DNA of 64,000 nt from the NCBI GenBank assembly GCA_005889135.1, contig VBEK01000124.1, positions 15,658 through 79,657 on the forward strand. The letters are read 5' to 3'. A program made the translations under genes and the position numbers. Origin of the DNA: Chloroflexota bacterium. Its GTDB lineage: Bacteria > Chloroflexota > Dormibacteria > Dormibacterales > Dormibacteraceae. Positions 60,045 through 64,000 of this stretch are shown one piece after another; the stretch's first letter is position 1, and each line of letters opens with the position of its first letter. The notes beneath the pieces are model-generated. The model was not told the DNA's origin. It made no database searches and saw only the letters and a list, made by a program, of their open reading frames with translations.

Positions 60045-62249
60045 GTGGACATGGTTCTTCGGCGCGCTGCCGTCTATTCGCTCGTGGCCCTGGTCGTCGC
60101 CTTCGTCGCGGTCGCGCCCTTAGCTCGAGGCGCGACCAACGTGGAGGCGGCCGCGATCACCTTCGAGACGCCGACGATCGTCGACCCGATCCACACCAAC
60201 GGCGAGCCCGACATCGGGATCGACGCCCAGGGCAGGGTGTTCAACAGCGGCCCCACCGGGACTGGCACCCAGCGCAGCACCTGGTTCGGCTCGGTCGACG
60301 GCGGCCACACGTTCCGGGTGATGGCTCAGAAGACCGTGCCCTCGCCGATCATGGGGATCCCGGCGCCGGGTCCAGGCGGGGGCGACACCGACATCGCCTT
60401 CGACCGCAGCGGCAAGCAGTACTTCGCCGACCTCTGGGCCCTCGCCTGCCAGCGCGTGGCGGTGACCGGACCGGTCAACTCGGGCGCGACCGACGAGGAG
60501 AATTTCCTCGGCTGCTCCGGTAGCGGCCCCGGCTCCGACCGGCAGTGGTTCGCCGTCTACGACCCCGCGCCCGGCACGCCCCACCAGTCGGCGTACGCGG
60601 GTCCGACGCCGCTCATCTACCTGGCCTGGAACAACCTCGTCGGCCCCGGTCCGGACGGGGGCGAGGCCTGGAACAAGAGCACGGACGGCCTGAGCTACAG
60701 CAACGCTGTCGGGGACTCGCCCGACCCGACGACCTACTCGCCATTCGGCGGCGACGGCTACCCGGCCATCGACCAGGTGACCGGCAAGGTGTTCCAGGCC
60801 GCCGGCTGCAACGCCAAGCTGTGCGGCGGCACCTCGAGCACGGCCACACCGGGCCTGTACCTGAACATCGGCACGCCGGACGCGACCGGGACGCTGCACT
60901 TCCTCGATGCGACCGGCACCGGCCAGGACCTGACGAAGCTGGTCAAGATCGCCGACACGGTTGGCGATCCGGATGTCCTGTTCGCGGTCCTTTCGATGGA
61001 CAGCGCGCGCAACCTCTTCGCGGTCTGGGCGGTCGACAACGACAGCCCCGTCCTGCGGCAGGTCTTCGTCAGCGCCTCCAGCGCCGCTAGCGGCTGGACG
61101 GCGTGGACAACGCCGGTTCAGGTCAGCGACGCCTCGACGCGCACCGGTGACGCGACGAACGTGTTCCCGTGGATCAAGGCCGGCGGGCCGGGCCGCGCCG
61201 ACGCCGTCTGGTACGGCTCCGACAAGCAGGTCGACCCGAGCAGCCACAACAACCAGTCGTGGAACGTCTTCATGTCCCAGGTCGTGTTCCCGACCGACGC
61301 CACCGGCGCGATCACGGGAGCGGCGCCGGCCAAGCAGCTGGTCAAGGTGACGCCCCACCCGATGCACTACGACGACGTCTGCCTCCAGGGCTCTGGATGC
61401 ATCGCCAGCCAGGGCAACCGCAACCTTGCCGACTTCTTCGTGGTCACCGTCGACAAGACCGGCGCGGCCGAGATCGTCTACGACGACACCTCGAACAAGC
61501 TGGTGCAGCCGCCGGGCACGTGCACCGTCCAGGTGGCGGACCACTGCGGCGCCGGCGTGATCACGATCGCGCGCCAGAGCGGCGGGCTCGGGCTCTTCGG
61601 CACCAGGGTGAGCGGCCCGTCGAACGCGCCTGCGTCCGGGATGTTCGACGCCTCCGGCGACGGGCTCTACCCGGTCATCGGCGGCGCCAACCAGGCGGGC
61701 ATGGACATCAGGGCGAGCAACCTGAGCCTTTCCCGCGACGGCAAGACGCTGACCGTCACCATGCAGGTCGGCGATCTGGCGCATCCCGCGACCACCATCG
61801 CCGGCATTCCCGGCGCGACCAACGTCCAGTACGTCACGCGGTGGCAGCTCGGCAACACCGTGTACTACGCCGCGATGGAGAACACGGCCGCAAACGTGCC
61901 GCTGTTCTACGCCGGCGCGATGCAGACCATCGACCTCTGCTCCGTCTCCGCGTGCTTTCCACACGTCCTGACCTACCCGGAGCCTGGCGCCGGTCCGACC
62001 TTCACCGGCAGGCAGGAGACGGGCTCCATAAGCTGTCCCGCGAGCGGGCCGTGCACGCTGACGATCACGGTCAAGGTCGCCGACGTGGGCACTCCGACCT
62101 CGACCAGCCTGCTTGAGTCGGTGGGCGCCTACGCGCTCGCTGCCTCGCTCCAGGAAGGCGCTGAGAACAACGCCACCGCGGAGAGCGACACGGTTCCGCT
62201 GGAGATCGACGGCGTCTGCTGCTTCAACTTCAGGGGTGGCAAGTCATGA
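60045..62249 (+). CDS. Secreted BNR/Asp-box (sialidase-fold-like) beta-propeller protein
   Basis: Signal peptide 'VYSLVALVVAFVAVAPLARGA'. Asp-boxes 'GSVDGGHTF', 'KSTDGLSY'. 734 aa. Confidence 0.75.
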   Translation: MDMVLRRAAVYSLVALVVAFVAVAPLARGATNVEAAAITFETPTIVDPIHTNGEPDIGIDAQGRVFNSGPTGTGTQRSTWFGSVDGGHTFRVMAQKTVPSPIMGIPAPGPGGGDTDIAFDRSGKQYFADLWALACQRVAVTGPVNSGATDEENFLGCSGSGPGSDRQWFAVYDPAPGTPHQSAYAGPTPLIYLAWNNLVGPGPDGGEAWNKSTDGLSYSNAVGDSPDPTTYSPFGGDGYPAIDQVTGKVFQAAGCNAKLCGGTSSTATPGLYLNIGTPDATGTLHFLDATGTGQDLTKLVKIADTVGDPDVLFAVLSMDSARNLFAVWAVDNDSPVLRQVFVSASSAASGWTAWTTPVQVSDASTRTGDATNVFPWIKAGGPGRADAVWYGSDKQVDPSSHNNQSWNVFMSQVVFPTDATGAITGAAPAKQLVKVTPHPMHYDDVCLQGSGCIASQGNRNLADFFVVTVDKTGAAEIVYDDTSNKLVQPPGTCTVQVADHCGAGVITIARQSGGLGLFGTRVSGPSNAPASGMFDASGDGLYPVIGGANQAGMDIRASNLSLSRDGKTLTVTMQVGDLAHPATTIAGIPGATNVQYVTRWQLGNTVYYAAMENTAANVPLFYAGAMQTIDLCSVSACFPHVLTYPEPGAGPTFTGRQETGSISCPASGPCTLTITVKVADVGTPTSTSLLESVGAYALAASLQEGAENNATAESDTVPLEIDGVCCFNFRGGKS

Positions 62250-64000
62250 GGAAGATCGCTCTTCTCGCAGGGCTGGCGGCAATCGTCGCCACCATCGGTG
62301 TTGCGGCGCCCGCGGCCGCCAGGCCTGCCCCGCCACCCCCGCCCTTCAACCCCAACCTTCTGCTTCCCGGGAGCACCGGCGCTGCCGAGCCGAGCATCCG
62401 CGCCAACAGCCTCGGCGAGTCGTTCGTCATCGGACCGACGGGCCTGCAGTGCAACGCCATGCGCGTCAACCACGCGGGCTCGGCGGCCAAGTTCATCGGC
62501 GCGCCCGACCACAACGCCGGCGGCGGAGACTGCGACTGGGCGGTGGGGCCGCGAGAGACCGGTGCCCTGCCCGGGTTCCCGACGCCGACTGCAGACGACC
62601 TGGCCTTCTCGAGCCTCGACAACCTGATCAACATCACGACGGGCAAGTCCACGGACGACGGCAACAGCTTCATCTCGCCCAACCCCGCTTCGACGCAGGT
62701 CGTGGGCGACGACCGCATGTGGATGGCGGCGGATCCCCGACTCAACAGCGCTGGATTCGCGACTGTCTTCATGACGTACCACGACATCACGGTCGACGAC
62801 ATCGAGCTCAGCATCTCGACCGACGGCGGATTCGCGTACACGCAGAACGCCCCGATCATCAACGCGACCGATGTCGCGCAGGGCCAATGGCAGGGGCTCG
62901 GCGCCGGCGCCGGCAACGAGCTCGGCAACATCGTCGCCCGGCGCGACCCGGTGACTGGCGCGCTTACGCTCTACTCGATCTTCGAGACGCCTGACAGCCC
63001 GACCGACAACGTCAACCAGGGCGTAGCCGGGACCTTCAACTTCAACCGCGTCTACGAAGCCGTCGGCACCGTCACCGACCCCTTGCCGCCGACGCTGACG
63101 CCGACCATCGCCTGGCGCAACTACGAGGTCTTTCACGGCCCGGTCGGCGCGCGCTACAACCGCATCTTCCCGGTGACGACCGTCGACTCGGCCGGCCGCG
63201 TGTACGCCTTCTGGTCCGACGGCAACCGCATCTTCACCAAGTCCGACGCTACGGGCACCGGCTGGAGCCCTGCCGCGGCTCCGGGGCAGATCCCGAACTT
63301 CGGCTCCGACAACACGGCCCTCATGCCCTGGGCGGACGCGATCGCGACAGGAGGCGCGCCGGGTGTGGTCGATGCGGTCTTCTACGGCGCGCATGGCGGG
63401 GCGGGCGCGCAGCCGAACCCGCAGGATGATCCGAACAATGTCTGGAACGTCTACATGGCGCAGACCGTGGATGGTGGCGCGACCTGGACCACTCTCAAAG
63501 CGAGCGACCACGACATCCACAAGAGCCAGCTCTGCATCGACGGGCTGAACTGCAACCTCGTCGGCAACCGCGACCGGACCCTGCTCGACTTCTTCCAGGT
63601 CTCCATCGATCCGACCAACGGCGCGGCCGACATCGCATACGCGGACGACCACGCGTCGCCTGGCACCGCGGTCATGTACTACACGCGCCAGTGCACCGGC
63701 GTCTCGGCCAAGACCGGTGCCGCGCTCGTCAACGACTGCGTCGCGCCGCCTCCGCCTCCGCCCGCGCCGCAGGGCAATGCGTGCCCTGGCCCGCAAGTGG
63801 CCGACTTCTCCGGAGACGCGCCCAACAACTTCCCCGGCGGCATGGGGCAGAACATGGACAACCTCGACGTCACCGCGGTCACGTTCGCCTCCGCGCCCGG
63901 CGGCGCGAACATCGACATCACCCTGCAGCTCAAAGACCTCGAGGCCCCGCCGACCACGGCCAACCCCAACATCGTCTCCGCCCTGTGGACGGTGTACTTC
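62246..64000 (+). CDS. Secreted BNR/Asp-box protein, paralog-like to 60045..62249; 3' end beyond window
   Basis: Not in the supplied track because it has no stop. My translation from ATG 62246 (ATGA overlap with the previous stop) is open for 585 codons to position 64000: 'MRKIALLAGLAAIVATIGVAAPAAA...', Asp-boxes 'KSTDDGNSF', 'ISTDGGFAY', 'QTVDGGATW'. Confidence 0.8.
   Translation, partial: MRKIALLAGLAAIVATIGVAAPAAARPAPPPPPFNPNLLLPGSTGAAEPSIRANSLGESFVIGPTGLQCNAMRVNHAGSAAKFIGAPDHNAGGGDCDWAVGPRETGALPGFPTPTADDLAFSSLDNLINITTGKSTDDGNSFISPNPASTQVVGDDRMWMAADPRLNSAGFATVFMTYHDITVDDIELSISTDGGFAYTQNAPIINATDVAQGQWQGLGAGAGNELGNIVARRDPVTGALTLYSIFETPDSPTDNVNQGVAGTFNFNRVYEAVGTVTDPLPPTLTPTIAWRNYEVFHGPVGARYNRIFPVTTVDSAGRVYAFWSDGNRIFTKSDATGTGWSPAAAPGQIPNFGSDNTALMPWADAIATGGAPGVVDAVFYGAHGGAGAQPNPQDDPNNVWNVYMAQTVDGGATWTTLKASDHDIHKSQLCIDGLNCNLVGNRDRTLLDFFQVSIDPTNGAADIAYADDHASPGTAVMYYTRQCTGVSAKTGAALVNDCVAPPPPPPAPQGNACPGPQVADFSGDAPNNFPGGMGQNMDNLDVTAVTFASAPGGANIDITLQLKDLEAPPTTANPNIVSALWTVYF

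Noticed and set aside
62129-63796. 555-aa minus-strand ORF
   Set aside because: Antisense shadow of the open-ended plus-strand BNR gene (62246->64000). The product is Arg/Gly/Asp/Val-rich with no motifs, while the plus frame has a signal peptide and Asp-boxes.

Overview
High-GC bacterial chromosome segment. The gene content suggests an actinobacterium-like or related lineage: an RsrA-type anti-sigma factor, an F420-type nitroreductase fold, DinB, DUF559, many 4-nt start/stop overlaps and several leaderless-looking starts. Many long ORFs in the track are antisense or out-of-frame shadows and were discarded.

Layout:
- 1-9.9 kb, housekeeping: partial ECF sigma plus RsrA-like anti-sigma, thiE-thiL, tsaE-tsaB-rimI-tsaD, a DUF2007 gene, CIRCE-controlled groES-groEL, an ErpA/IscA-type Fe-S carrier, a cNMP-binding/TadZ-like ATPase, tRNA-Asp and tRNA-Ser.
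- ~10-55 kb, accessory cell-envelope content, ending at a tRNA-Thr:
  - two paralogous Cys-rich lysozyme-like secreted proteins (10.1 kb and 35.6 kb);
  - an orphan type IV pilin-like gene;
  - a HisKA_3/NarL two-component pair;
  - a 17-gene, almost fully translationally coupled Wzy-type glycan operon on the minus strand (16030-34505);
  - an orphan OpuAC-type binding lipoprotein;
  - three PLC/AcpA-family phosphoesterase paralogs, one of them the N-terminus of a ~3000-aa multidomain protein that ends in eleven 258-bp Big_2 tandem repeats;
  - a DUF559 gene, a six-repeat/C39-like peptidase membrane protein, an F420-type small oxidoreductase, an M20 peptidase and DinB.
- 55.5-64 kb: a run of secreted proteins, several with BNR/Asp-box motifs. 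The last one (62246 to the window end) is open-ended and missing from the ORF track.

Most interesting candidate: the glycan operon. It carries its own PAPS synthase (Sat-CysC fusion) and a sulfotransferase, an FkbH-ACP-GNAT acyl module, a WbpB/E/D-like 3-acetamido-sugar module, a FemAB-related gene, a degenerate BY-kinase-like co-polymerase and a histidine phosphatase. I predict a heavily decorated, sulfated polysaccharide of a kind I cannot match to a described pathway.

No CRISPR array, rRNA, transposase or integrase was recognised.
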